From assembly GCF_018350175.1 (NCBI RefSeq), contig NC_058382.1, positions 55,430,001 to 55,494,000 of the forward strand: a DNA stretch of 64,000 nucleotides, given 5' to 3'. Under the pieces are notes generated by a model. That model was given only the letters and a program-made list of their open reading frames with translations, was not told the origin of the DNA and did not search any database. Numbering within the stretch: the first letter of the stretch is position 1; each line of letters begins with the position of its first letter. Below, piece by piece: positions 12,601-25,274 of the stretch. Origin of the DNA: Felis catus (lineage: Eukaryota). Both the position numbers and the translations under genes were made by a program.

Positions 12601-13334
12601 AAGACTTTATTTTTGGGGTGCTTGGGTGACTCGTGTGGTTAAGCGTCCAACTCTCGATTTCGGATCAGGTCATCATCTCAGCGTTGTGAAATTGAGACCC
12701 ACGCTCAATGTGGAACCTGCTTAATATTCTCTCCCTCTCTTTCTCTCTGTCTCTCTCTCTCCCTCTGCCCCTCCCCACTCTCTCTATTTGAACAACAGTA
12801 CTTTTAAGTAATCTCTGCACCTAACACGGGGCTCAAACTCACAACCCTGAGATCAAGAGCCCCATTCTCCACTGACTGAGCCAGCCAGGCACCTCTCAAG
12901 TTCATTCCTTTTAAGGCACTTAAAAAAATTGTTTAAATGTTAATTTATTTTTGAGAGAGAGTGGGGAAGGGGGTGGGGGAGAGAGAGGGAGAGAGAGAGA
13001 ATCCCAAGCATGCTCCACACCCATGAACTGTGAGATCATGACCTGAGTCGAAATCGATGCTTAACTGACTGGGCCACCCAGGCGCCCCCCTCTCAATGGA
13101 CCCTGTAATGGCTGAGTGGTATTCCACTGTGTGGCTACATCCGAGCTTGCTTAGCCATTTGTCCAGGGCTTGCTTTATTGACCAGGGAAACCTTTGCCAA
13201 AGCTGAGAGCCCTAATGTCCAGCCACCCTGGGTTCCCCATGAGGTCCCCTCAGTGCTATGCTCCCTCACCGTCTTCACCCCCTCCCACTCTCAGCGTCCT
13301 CCAGGTAATGAATGCCAGGAACACATCTGCATTC

Positions 13335-13710
13335 CTTTTCCAAGGCTGCTGTAAAAATTACAGGTGGCTTACAACCAAAGGAACTTGTTCTGCCACGTTC
13401 TGGAGCCCAGAGGTCTGAAAGCAAGGTGTTGGTGGGGCCTCCTCCCTCTGAAGGCTCTAGGGGAGGATGCCTTTGTGACTCTCCTAGCTTGTGGGGGCTC
13501 CAGGCATTCCTTGGCTTGTGGCCGTATCACTTCAATCTCTGCCTCCATCTCCATATGGTCTGCTCCCCTGTTTTCCTGTGTCTCCTCCTTTTCTGTCTCT
13601 TACAAGAAAAGCTATTATTGAATTTAGGGCCTATTCTGATCCAGGATGGTCTCGTTTTGAGATCTGCACTTTAATTACACCTGCAGAGACCTTTATTCCA
13701 ATTAGGGTCA
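13335..13710 (-). mobile_element. MLT1C/D-like MaLR LTR
   Basis: GGCTGCTGTAAAAATTAC...GTTCTGGAGCCCAGAGGTCTGAAAGCAAGGTGTTGG...TTAATTACACCTGCAGAGACC. Confidence 0.75.
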
Positions 13711-14348
13711 CTCCACTTCTCTGGCTTCCTTTCCTTCTGCTTTCCATAGCTCCTCCTGAACATCGGGTCCGATGATAGACCCAGTTTCAGGCTGTTTCTC
13801 CCAGCTTCTGAACCAAGTGTGATCAGGTGCCATGAAGAGCATCTACCCAGCTCTAGAGTAAGCCCTTTCTCACTCCCTCATACAGAAATGTCCCATTGTT
13901 CCCCATGGTGTGCATTACCTTTTGTTGTGACAAGTATTAGACCCACTTTGTTCAACTACAGGTGCTGGAATGGGCTGACCAGTGCCCCTTCCCCAGGTAT
14001 GTCCACCTGGAACCTCAGAATGGAGGTTGGCCAACCTGGAAGGTCAGAGGCTGGGACAGATCCTCTTTAACCCACCTCAATCACATTTAGCTTAGACGTT
14101 GGGACAGACTGCCCTTTATATGGCTTGTCATTGGACTGTGATGGAGCAGCCAGGGAAGCAGAAGCAAAGGAAGCCAGAGGGCAGTTGTGACCAAGAATAT
14201 GCACTCATCTGGGTACAGAGGGCCCTTGTCTGCTGTGGCCACCACACATACAGGTTCCTAGCATGCAGTAGGTCCTGTTTAAATACTTAGTGGATGAACA
14301 GATAAGAACCTCAGACCTAATGTTTTTTCTCTCTCATTACTCCTGCAG

Positions 14349-14486
14349 GAGGGGTCCCAATGGAGAAGCTGGCAGCCTATAGCTCATCCAAGGCAGCTCT
14401 GACCATGTTTTCAGCAGTCATGAGACAAGAGCTTTCCAAATGGGGAGTTAAAGTCTCTGTCATCCAGCCTGGAGGCTTCAAAACAA
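14349..14486 (+). CDS. HSD17B2: HSD17B2 (17-beta-hydroxysteroid dehydrogenase type 2) penultimate coding exon (exon 4), 138 bp
   Basis: Pyrimidine tract + ctgcag acceptor and a|gtaagt donor. Translates (G)GVPMEKLAAYSSSKAALTMFSAVMRQELSKWGVKVSVIQPGGFKT, including the SDR catalytic YxxxK motif (YSSSK). Matches recalled human GGAPMERLASYGSSKAAVTMFSSVMRLELSKWGIKVASIQPGGFLT. Phase is compatible with the next exon. Not in the ORF track. Confidence 0.96.
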
Positions 14487-16907
14487 GTAAGTGTCTCAGT
14501 CCAGGAGCCCCTCAGCGTTCATCCTGGACGGGATTCTGAGGGTCCTTTGTTTTGACAGAGCTCAAACCAAACTCCTCAGTGGTTGGCCAAAGAGGAGTTG
14601 GGATAGATGGGCCTCTTTTAATAATAAAAGGGCAGGGTGCCCGGGGGGCTCAGTCGGTTGGGTTTCTGACTTCGGCTCAGGTCATGGTCTCATAATTCGT
14701 GAGTTCAAGCCCCCGCATTGGGCTCTGTGCTGACAGCTCAGGGCCTGGGGCCTGCTTCAGAGTCTGTGTCTTTCTCCCCCGTTCACACTCTGTCACTCTC
14801 TGTCTCAAAAATAAAAATAAACATTAAAAAAAATAATAAAAGGGCAAGTGCCAGGTTCTTCAGCGTACAGTTGTTCCCCTGCATCGGTTCCACAAAGGAA
14901 TTTAGTTTTGATGTCATATAGTTTTCTTTCTTTTAATTTTTTAAATGTTTTTATTCATTTTTGAGAGAGAGAGAGACAGAGACAGAGCATGAGTGGGGGA
15001 GGGGCAGAGAGAGAGGGAGAACAGAATCGGAAGCAGACTCCAGGCTCTGAGCCATCAGCACAGACCCCGACGCGGGGCTTGAACTCATGGACCACAAGAA
15101 CATGACCTGAGCTGACATCAGGTGCTTAATTGACTGAGCCCCCCAGGAGCCCCTTTAAAGATTTTATTTCTAAATGATCTCTACATCCAATGCGGGGCTC
15201 AAACTTTCAACCTCTGAGACCAAGAGTTACATGCTGTGCAGACTGAGCCAGCCCGGTGCTCCTTATTTTTATTTTTAAAATTAATTCATTTTTTTAAGAT
15301 TTAAAAAAAATTTTTAAGTAGTCTCGACACCCAATGTGGGGCTCAAACTCACAACCCTGAGCCCAAGAGTCGCATGCTCCACTGACTGAGCCAACCACGC
15401 ACCCCACCCCACACTCATTTTTTTTAAATTGAGAAATAGATATGCACAGAGTTTAACAAATTACTTTAAAAACTCATGCACTTAACAGCCAGATCAAAAA
15501 ATGAAGCATTGCCAGTGCCCAGAAGCGCCCATATGATCTCCGCCCAAGTCCTAGTCTTCCCCATCCTCAACATATAATCACTTTCTTATTTTTTGTAGCA
15601 ATTGTTCATTTGCTTTTCTTTGCAGTGTTACATACATGCATGCATCACACACAATAGGATTTGGCTTTACTGGTTATGGAACTTTGAATGGAATCAGCAT
15701 GTATGTATTCTCGTGTCTGCTTTTCTTACTCAACATTGCTTTCACAGTTCATCTGTGTGGTTTGTACCTGCAGCTCACTCACTTTCAGTACTCTGTGAAC
15801 GTGCCACGATTTTTCTATCACTGATGGGATATTTGGGTCACCTTGGGACAATTATGAACAATTCAGCTATGAACATTTTGGCACGTGACACTTTCGGTGC
15901 TGTACATGTATGTGATTTTTCCAGTGTCACATTCCCAGGAGTGGAATGACTAGTTCATGGGGTTTAATCGTCTTCAGCTTTCGTGGATAATACAAAACCA
16001 TTTTAAAAAATATTATTCCAGGGGTGCCTGGCTCAGTTGGTTGAGCGTCCAACTCTTGTTTTCAGCTCAGGTTCATGATCTCAGGGTCACGAGATCAAGC
16101 CCCATGTTGGGCTCTGCACTGAGCACAGAGCCTGCTTAAGGTTCTCTCTCTGTCTGTCTCTCTCTCTCTTGCTCTCTCTCTCTCTCTCTCTGCCTCTCTC
16201 CCCTGCTCATGCTCTCTAAAACAAACAAAACAACAAACAACAATAATAATAGTAATAAAATAAAATAAATATTAAAAAAATATTGTTCTAGAGGCACCTG
16301 ACTAGCTCATTCAGAAGAGTATGTAACTTTTGATCTCGGGGTCTTGAGTTTGAGTCCCATGTTGGGTGTAGAGATTACTTAAATAAACAAAAGTTTAAAA
16401 ATTTTTTTTAAAATATTGTTCCAATTTATACTCCTGTCCTTCCCATATAGGTCCTAATCTGTATGACAGCCCTGAGCGATATGCTTAATTGACATCATTT
16501 GGCAGGTGTGTGGGGTGGGTGATACATACATGTGGGTATGCGACACACTTTGGTGATTGGCAATCTGAAAGCAGATCTCTAGGTGCAGTGCTCAGTCCTC
16601 TCTTTCCATGAGGCTGCCCTAGTCTAAAGGTGATCCTGATGGGCTCTCTCAAGGCAAGAGGCCAGACAGTGGAAGGCTGAGGACTCAAGTTTGGAGAAGG
16701 ATGCTCAAAGCTGGGGTGGGGTGGAGGGTGGGGGACACAAGAAGAGGAATCTTCAGAGAGAAAAAGAGCTTCTGAAGACATTCAAGGAGACATACCCTAT
16801 TTTTTAGTTCCTGGAGTAGAAATAGCTAAGATTTCATGATTACCAGGTTTTAAGCACTTTACATACACAATTTCACTTAATCGTCACCTAGAAGGTAGGC
16901 ATTGTAA

Positions 16908-17318
16908 TGATGTGGTTTGAAGTGTTGGGGTTCAGAACCAAAGGTCATGAAAGAATTCTGAAAAAGAAAGTTTTCAGTGCAAAAAGGTGGTCTTATTAAA
17001 GCACTGGACCTGTGGGCAGAAAGAGCTGTACTCGGGTTGTGAGGAATGACTGATTATATTCTTTGAAGTTAGGGAGGTAAAGACAAAGGAAGTATCCAAA
17101 AGGATTTTCATTTGTTAAAGACTCATAGGGTCCTGGAGATCTGGCTATCGTCAAGCTAAGGTTGCTTTTGGCTTCTGGCAAAGTATTAACATTAAGATGG
17201 AGACTTCCAGGAGGAATGGGATACTCTGCCTGCCTAAAGTATTTTATTTGTCAATGGGCTGGAGGTTAGAAGGCAACTTAATTTTATGTACATTTCTTTT
17301 GCCTTGTTTTCCACATCA
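16908..17318 (-). mobile_element. 3' LTR of the provirus (411 bp)
   Basis: TGATGTGG...CCACATCA. Adjacent TTCCCCCCTG (17319-17328) is the polypurine tract CAGGGGGGAA on the minus strand. Confidence 0.9.
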
Positions 17319-17593
17319 TTCCCCCCTGAACAATTTTGACCCTTAAATCTTTAAGGTTGTTGAGGGTGGAAGGTCTTACCTTCTGTAACTTCTTCCTGCT
17401 GAGTAGGGGCATAGAGATGTCCCTACCTATGGGTCAACATTGGTCAGGTGGGGAATTTCTATATAGGAGTTACTAAAGGCCAAGGTAGCCAATCCAAGGT
17501 AGACAACATATATAAACCTCCTTCAGTAGAAAGGATCATTTATCAGCTGGAAGTTACGTCCGTGAAGGAGTCTTGGCACCAGGCAGGGAGACA

Positions 17594-17874
17594 TCAGAGA
17601 AGACAAGAAAATAAGGTTAATATTATTTGGAGAAAGGGAAGCCTGAATAAAAGACTTTTGATAGTTGCCCAAAATGTTCCTCTAGTCCAGGAGTTTAACC
17701 AATCACTAAAGGAAAGAGACCGATAGTTTAATGTGCCAATTTGAGTATTTATAGCTTTTAGCAATCCTGCTACATGCTTGTGATATCTGGAATATATGTA
17801 CAACATTCTGTTTTTATGATAGCACATGTTCCAGCCTGTGCAGTAGTTAAAATATCTAATGCCATTTGGAGAAT
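17594..17874 (-). pseudogene. Retroviral env TM-subunit relic
   Basis: Minus strand 17785-17868 reads QMALDILTTAQAGTCAIIKTECCTYIPD, an immunosuppressive-domain-like segment plus the CX6CC motif. After a frameshift it continues SFSDWLNSW...LLFRLPFLQIILTLFSCLL (membrane anchor). Confidence 0.88.
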
Positions 17875-20476
17875 CATTTATGGCCTTAATTGTGTAGCAA
17901 GTGGCATTAGCCATCACCTGCTGTTTTGTTTAGCAAGCAGTCAGGTAATTAATAAGAGGCACCTTTATGGAAACAAAAGAAAAATATAAGTTAATGGGTA
18001 GAGCAAATTATAAACCCAGTGTCTGAGTCCTGAGTGCTGCCAGGGAGAAGATTTTTAGATGTCAAGCTCTAAACATCCTCAGATAGAGTGGAAACAGGTG
18101 GCTGAATAGTCTGGGTTTTTCTGGTTTGTAATTCAAATGTCTCTGCTGATCCTTTTGAATGGCCCATATAAATGGGGGAAAGGAAAATGAGAAAGAAATG
18201 TACAACCATCATTTTCATTTAAAGAGAAGTCTGAAGTCTTCCACAGGTTCACAAGAATACGAAGGCACCCTTAGCTGGCACACTGGATTCCTATGAGGAA
18301 TGTAGAGGGTTGTTGTTGTTGTTGTTTATTTTATTTTAGAGAGAGAGAGCACAAATTGGGGAGAGAGGCAGAGGGAGAAAGATGGAGTCTTGAGCAGGCT
18401 TCATGCTCAACTCAGAGCCTGATGTGGGGCATGATCCCTTGACCCTGGAATCATGATATGAACCGAAATCAAGAGTTGGATGTTCAACCAACTGGCTGAG
18501 CCACCCAAATGCCCCAGGCAGATACAGATTTAATTTTTGAGTCCACGAGGAATGTCCTTCTAATTTTATGGCTGTGGGAGTATGACCCAGTAGGGGTCTT
18601 TTCATTTCAGAATTAAATCTCCTGCTGTATTAGACTTTCAATTCTTTAAATAAACTTTGTCTCCTGGGTTTATATGGAGTGGGTTGCTAGTAACTGTCAG
18701 ATCAGGTTTAGGGAGGATATAGTTTGCATATTCATTTAAAGAGATTTATGAATTAAAACCTGGCCTCAAGTAAATAATTTCAATTTTTTTAAACACTTAT
18801 TTATTTTTGAGAGACATAGAGACAGAGCACAAGTGGGAGAGGGGCAGAGAGAGGGAAACACAGAATACAAAGCAGGCTCTAGGCTCTGAGCTGTCAGCAC
18901 AGAGCCTGACATGGGGCTTGAACCCACGAAAAGTGAATAATTTAATAAAACACTATAGTCTTTACCTACTGGTAGGTACCTATAGTGAGAAAAGGCTTTT
19001 CATATGCAATGGTTGGGGAAATCCATCCCATTTTCCAGTTGTTCAAATAATTGTATGCCCGTGGGTCTTGTTATTATCCCCACAGAATAACAAGCAAGAT
19101 GGCCCTATACAGGGGCTATTTCTCTGAAGTTTACCTCCAGTTGTCCAGCATCAGTTTTTAGGGCTTGTAGGGAAAAGGCAGTTTTAGTTTTTAATGACTT
19201 TAAATCAAGAGAATGGAAGAAGATTGGAAACCTAACTCAGGGAGAGTCTTAGCCAAATATTTGAGGGAACCAGAAGAAGTCAGCATCTAGTCTAGTTTAT
19301 AATAAGTAGTATTAAAATTTAATATCCACGAAGATGTGTTATTGAAACCTAATTTTTCTCTGTAATTGCCCTCATTTCCAGAGATAGCCAAATAACTACT
19401 AATTCATTTGTAAAAACAAATCCAATTTTAACAAACTCGGCCTAATTACTTACACAAGCTCAGCAAGGATAGCGATTGATCATATGGATTTTTTAAAATC
19501 TGCTTTGTTGGAACATTTTATAAGGAATCTCTAGATTTGAACTTTTCTAACCTCTCTAGGCCAGAAGCCAAGCCAAGTACTTGCCATCAGACATGCCTGC
19601 AATACCTGTAGATTTGGGTGAATTCCTCCTCATGAGGTCCCCATGCCAGGGGAAGTGACATTCTTTCCTCACGTGGTAAGGCTGCTGGGAACTCTGTAAG
19701 CAAGGCATCAGGCCAACATTTCCAAGGGGCTTTATTTCGCCACGTTTCATAAAGTCAACCCTAGTTCCTTAAAGCTGTCGGGTCATATGTGTCTATGCAT
19801 GTCTCTTAAATAGGACATTCCAGCCAAAGCCTTGGGAAAATAACCAATGTTTCCAATGGTGTCCTGTTACACAGTCTTATTGAACTTCTGCAAATAACTG
19901 TCATTGCCATGAAGGAAAGAAACCTCACTGAGAGTTTTCGAATTTCAGAGGGTACAGGTAGGGAGAAAAGTTAAATGCTTTAATTTGTCCACCAATGAAT
20001 ACTTTATCACACTTCCGAAAGTCATAGATATCTTAAGAGAAAACTTCCTTAATCTGGAAGAGCAAACATTAGAGAGCCGGCAACGTTTCAGACAAGAGTC
20101 ACAAAAACTAAAAACTATCATCATCTTCCTTAATTTACTTAAAGTTACTAACTCTTGTTCAGTTTGAACGCAGCTTTTTAGTTAGTTCTCGCAATTCTTA
20201 CCAATTTTAGTTTTATGATTTTACAGATATCAAAAACCTGTATTTGTCCAAAGCCCTTTCTATGAGTCTCCTTGAAGATGAAACATGTTTTGCAAGAGGA
20301 TAAGAACAAGAACTATAAATGACAAAAGACTCAACAATCGGAATGGTTAAAGATTTGATTAGAGTTCATTACAGCTGGCAAGGAAATCCAGTTATTTCTG
20401 TGACACAGAGATCTTCAATAATTAGAATACTAAGTAATAGTCTTATACCAGAACATATTAAAGCATATTAAAACTT

Positions 20477-20697
20477 GGGGCGCCTGGGTGGCGCAGTCGG
20501 TTAAGCGTCCGACTTCAGCCAGGTCACGATCTCACGGTCCATGAGTTCGAGCCCCGCGTCAGGCTCTGTGCTGACAGCTCAGAGCCTGGAGCCTGTTTCG
20601 GATTCTGTGTCTCCCTCTCTCTCTCTGCCCCTCCCCTGTTCATGCTCTGTCTCTCTCTGTCTCAAAAATAAATAAACGTTAAAAAAAAATTTTTTAA
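20477..20697 (+). mobile_element. Young SINEC_Fc inserted in the provirus
   Basis: Near-consensus copy with TSD CATATTAAAACTT. Confidence 0.92.
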
Positions 20698-22699
20698 ACA
20701 TATTAAAACTTTAGGAATTTCATCTCTGGAATAGTTATAGCATTTACCCAAACAATACCTAAGGCTTATTATTTGTTTAACAATGCTTCCAGAGTCACTT
20801 AACATACCAAAGAAAAAGGCCTAATTAGTCAAAAAGATTTCATTGACAGTTTAAATACTGGGAAGTGTGTTAAAAAACCTCAGAAAGTTATAAAGCACAT
20901 GCCTAAATAAGACCACAGGTCATTACAAAATTTAACACTTAATTATTAACAAAACTTTTTTAACGTTTATTTACTTTTGAGAGAGAGACAGAGTGCAAAT
21001 GTGGGAGAGGAAGAGAGTGAAGGAGACATAGAATCCGAAGTAGGCTCCAGGCTCTGAGCTGTCAGCACGGAGCTTGATGTGGGGCCCAAACTCACGGACT
21101 GTGAGATCATTACCTGAGCCGAAGTTGGACACTTGACCGACTGAGCCACCCAAGGACCCCAAAACTTAATTATTTATTTAACCAAGGTGGCAATACGAGA
21201 TTCCAAAGGCAAACGTGTCTGGTTATATAGTAGTTAGCAAAACTCAGCTCCTATAGTATTGAGAGGTTTTAATGTGTAATCAAAGACCTGATAAAGACAA
21301 AACATAAAAGTTTTGATTTTCTGGGCAGACAGAAGAGAAAAAATAAAAACATGTTGTTTACATTTTCTTATCAAGAGCAGATCAACAATCCAAGAAAACT
21401 TTGTCTTTTGAACAAAGAGAAAAGAAGAATTTCAACCTTATACCTATATACTTTTAAAATCCATTAATTTCAACCTGAGTCCTGACCACATATAAAATTC
21501 CTTTGCAAAGATTTCCCTCCATAAACCTTCTACAGTAACTTTTAAAATTCATAGTTGCTTCCCTTATTTCCATCAGTCTCAAAGACATTTAGCAGAAGAA
21601 TTTTAACTCTTAGAAGCCCAAGTCTCCAGTGAAAACTAAGTAGTAACCAATTGTGAACTGTTACACCAGAATTCTTTAGACGGCAAATTTGTGAGTCTAT
21701 TAAGCACAAGACATGTTTTCCGACAGACCCAAATATTCTTAGTTTCTCTGCAGTAGGAAGCCAAAAGCACAAACCTATTTTTAGTAATCAGTTCTTCAGC
21801 ACTCCATCCTATTTGGAAAAGCTTGGATGTCCAATGAATTCAATCCCATTTTATCATCCCAGCAAAAGTTTATAAAGTTTCAGGTTACTAATGACTTTGA
21901 AAGCTATCTTAACAATTACCCAAGAAAACTTGGAGACACACAAAATTAACCATCATTTTAAGTCATCTTTTTGCTGACAAATGGCAACAGAGATAACACG
22001 AGCTTATTTGACCTTCGGTAAACCTAGGTAGCATTAAAAGTTTCAATTAGTTTCAATACTGAATTATGTTCCCCCTGAGTCCCCTTAAAAGTCAATCAAT
22101 TTGTTCCCCATTGTTAATTTTTACCTGGGACACAGGTGGAGAAATCTGAAGCGGGCAGTGTAAGTCCAATGGGGGTCTCTGCCCTCCTTGACAGCGAGGG
22201 GAGGAGGAGGAACCAATGGCGCTGGAGGCGCCCGAGATGCTACTGGAGCCAGTCGTGAAGGCTGTGCATGAAGGTGGTGCAGAAACAGGAGGAGGGGGAG
22301 GGGAAGGCAGAAGAGCCTTCCACTAAAGTGGAGGTCGGCAGTCCACGTCAGGCCAGAGAAGACCGGGAACTTCCTTGAAATTAAAGGCATTTTGGCAGCT
22401 GTTTGGGAATACTCCTTAAAGTCCCCAGCCCAAGATAGACTTACCAGAGACAGTTGGTTCCAATTATAGCCATTAACCTGGGGAATGAAGGAGGGAGAAG
22501 CCCCCACATCTATTAGGAGGAGGAACAGAGAGAGAGTCAGTGTTTCTTTTGTCAGGGATGGCCTGTGTTTCCTCCAGCAACCTGGGTTTATTCGGAGGAG
22601 GCTTATTTAGACGATTATCGTCCAGTGTATCAGGAAGGGGTTTACTGGCCAAACACATTCTGCAAGAGGCTCTTAGGCAGGGTCCTCCTTTAGGGCCGT

Positions 22700-22893
22700 G
22701 TGGGTCTGGACCTAGGGGTACTTCTATCCATTTCTCCGGTTTCCCACAGGAGAGATCTAACTTGGAGGTCACACTAAGGCCATGCAGTGTTACAGATCAG
22801 TCCTTTCTTAAATTTTGCAATCTGAATTGTTTCCAGGGGGTTAAAAGGCATTCCAAAGGAGAGTCCTTGGGAACTGAAGAGAGAAGATCCGTT
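22700..22893 (-). pseudogene. Retroviral gag matrix relic
   Basis: Minus strand SSVPKDSPLECLLTPWKQF, then frameshifted CNTAWP, then KLDLSCGKPEKWIEVP. Matches the class I ERV MA pattern DSPLxCILxxW...CNTAWP...QLDLFC..GKWSEVP. Proline-rich sequence follows toward about 22120. Confidence 0.8.
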
Positions 22894-23785
22894 ATCAAAA
22901 ATCCCCTCTGATTCCCAGGTGGCATCCCACACAGTAAATGCCATAGGTCCCTGTTGTCAAAGCGACCCAAGGTGTCCCTTGAACAAAACTGCTATGATCA
23001 CCACCCTGCTGTAAAGTCCCCATAGGAAGGATGCTAGCATCCCTCTGCTTCCTCATCAAATCCTACACTACACACAGGTGCCAGTGAATGGACTAAAATA
23101 CCCTACCTTGCTGTGAAGGCCTTGAAGAACCCACCGTTTTTAACCCATGGAAAACATTAGAAAGGTTTTGACAAGGGGAAATTACCCAATTCTGTAGTTT
23201 AAGTAGTTAGAAGAGGACACTGATGGAAAACAGTAGAGGTAGAAATCCATCATGGTCTAAGCGACATTCCAACACAAGTAATCTTTATAGCCAACTTCTC
23301 TAGGAAATGGTCCTAGTTGGGCTTTCATTGAATTGGGTACTGATTTCAGCTGGCTCTGAGTGGAGTGCTAGCATCCAGAAGAGGCTAGACCAGGGGATCA
23401 CTTTAGACCAATGAGAGGAAGCTTCACACAGGAGTCTTAAGATCAGCAGCTGTGCTAGTCATTAGGTGGCTGTCCTGTGCCCAAGACAGACAACTTTGTA
23501 TAAGGACAGGAATAAAGAAAAGGCCTCAAGTTTCTGAGTCTTATGACCGTTCCTGCCTGGGTACTAACTTCCAGCCCAAAGGTAGGCTTTCTCCTCCTGG
23601 TAGGGTAGCCATGGGCTAGAGGATCGCAGCCTGAGCAATTGACATGAAAATGTCCCAATAAGACCATACTCCTTGAAAAGCCCGATAGGAGAGCAAAGGA
23701 AAGAGAGAGGAAGGACTCGCCAAGTTTGCCCCGAGGCTCAGAGTCCAGGTGAAAAGACTCAAAGCCCCACGTCAGGGCCCCAAAA

Positions 23786-24175
23786 TGACGTGGAAAATTG
23801 TTGAGGTTCAGAGCTGAAGGTCAAGAAAGAATTCTTGAGACATGTTTGGTGCAAAAAAGGTGGTTTTATTAAAGCACGGGACAGGACCCGTGGGCAAAAA
23901 GAGCTGCACTGAGGTTGTGAGGGGAGACTGATTATACACTTGGAAGTTGGGGGAAGAAAAGACAAGGGAAGTTTCCAAAAGGATTTTCAGGATCCTGGAG
24001 GCCTGGATGTTGGCAAGCCAAGGTTGTTTTTGCCTCTGGCAAAGCATTAACATCAACATTGAGAGTTTCTGGAGGAATAGTTTATTTTGCCTGCTTGACG
24101 TATTTGTCAATGGGCTGCAGGTTATAAGGAAATTCAATTTTACGTACGTTTCTTTTGCCTTTGTTCCCCACATCA
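23786..24175 (-). mobile_element. 5' LTR of the provirus (390 bp)
   Basis: TGACGTGG...CCACATCA, colinear with 16908-17318. Intact AATAAA on the minus strand. Followed on the minus strand by TGGGGCCCTGACGTGGGGC (PBS-like). Confidence 0.9.
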
Positions 24176-25228
24176 GTAATATTCCCATCCTGTAGGGAGA
24201 AAGCTGAGCCCCAGAGAAGTTGGGAAATTTCCCAAGTCACAGAGGGGGTATGAGTCAGAGATGGGATTTGGATCCAAGCGACCTCAACAATTTCATTGTG
24301 TATAGCCCCAAAGTGGCAGCTAGTGGGTGTCAAAAGTGGCAGATGAGTTGACAAACTTCTGGTGACTTTGTCGCCAGTAAAGAGAGCCTTGAGGACTCTG
24401 CACAGGGTACTCACAAGAATGGTTAGAAAGTCCATGAGGTGTTTAGAGAGGAAGAGGAGAGGAAAAGGAATCCCTTGCCTTGGGGAAAGCCAAGACAGGG
24501 AGAGGTAGCTGGAGGAACAATAGTTCACACAAACATGTTTTTCAAGACCCAGAAGCCTCGGGAGTAATTGTCAGGGTAATCATTTCTTTAAGTGTGGTAT
24601 TGTGCTTTCATGAAAAGTAATGAGCAATTGAAATCCTTTTGCATTTCAGTGGGTATAATTGGATTTCACTGGCTTACATTTCACAGTCAGGCTCCCCCAC
24701 AGACCCAATATCCGATATCCAGGAGTCGCTCAAGCTGGTAAACTAAGGATCATCCGCATAGCAATCCCAGAGCAATCCCACACTTTGCAGGAGGGAATGT
24801 GAGGTTCTGCATCCTTTGTGGAAAGTAATCAGGCAGTAGGTATTAAAATTCAGAATGCATGTGCCTTTTGACCACGCAGCCACACTGTAGAGGCTGCCTG
24901 CAGACGTAAAACGCTAAAATACAAAAGGATGTGTTACGCAAGACTGTTTATGGCAGCGTCATTGAAATGGTGAAATCTAGGAATGACTGGAAAGTCCTTT
25001 GATAGAGAAGTGGTTGCCTAAAAGCTGTTTAATGGGAAATTTCTGCTGCTCTGGTTTAAATCTATAGCCATTGACTTTTGGAGGCAGGTCTGTGATTTAT
25101 TATTCAGCAAACAAACAAGCAAATCTTTGGAAATCCTGTATAGTATGATCCTTTGGGCATTTTGTTCCTGGTAAAATAAGATTAAACCAAAGCCTTTTTT
25201 TTTAAATTAAAAAAAATGTGTATTTATT

Positions 25229-25274
<46 letters not shown>

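Larger units (their letters stand above)
16908..24175 (-). mobile_element. Defective ERV1 (gamma-like, MER4/MER34-group-like) provirus, antisense in the last HSD17B2 intron
   Basis: Two homologous LTRs with TGA(T/C)GTGG...CCACATCA termini, exact 4-bp TSD GTAA (16904-16907 and 24176-24179), PPT, PBS-like site, gag and env relics, and an AT-rich non-coding interior. Confidence 0.92.

Noticed and set aside
17594..17917. Intact syncytin-like gene
   Set aside because: Frameshifted and lacking SU and signal peptide. A relic only.
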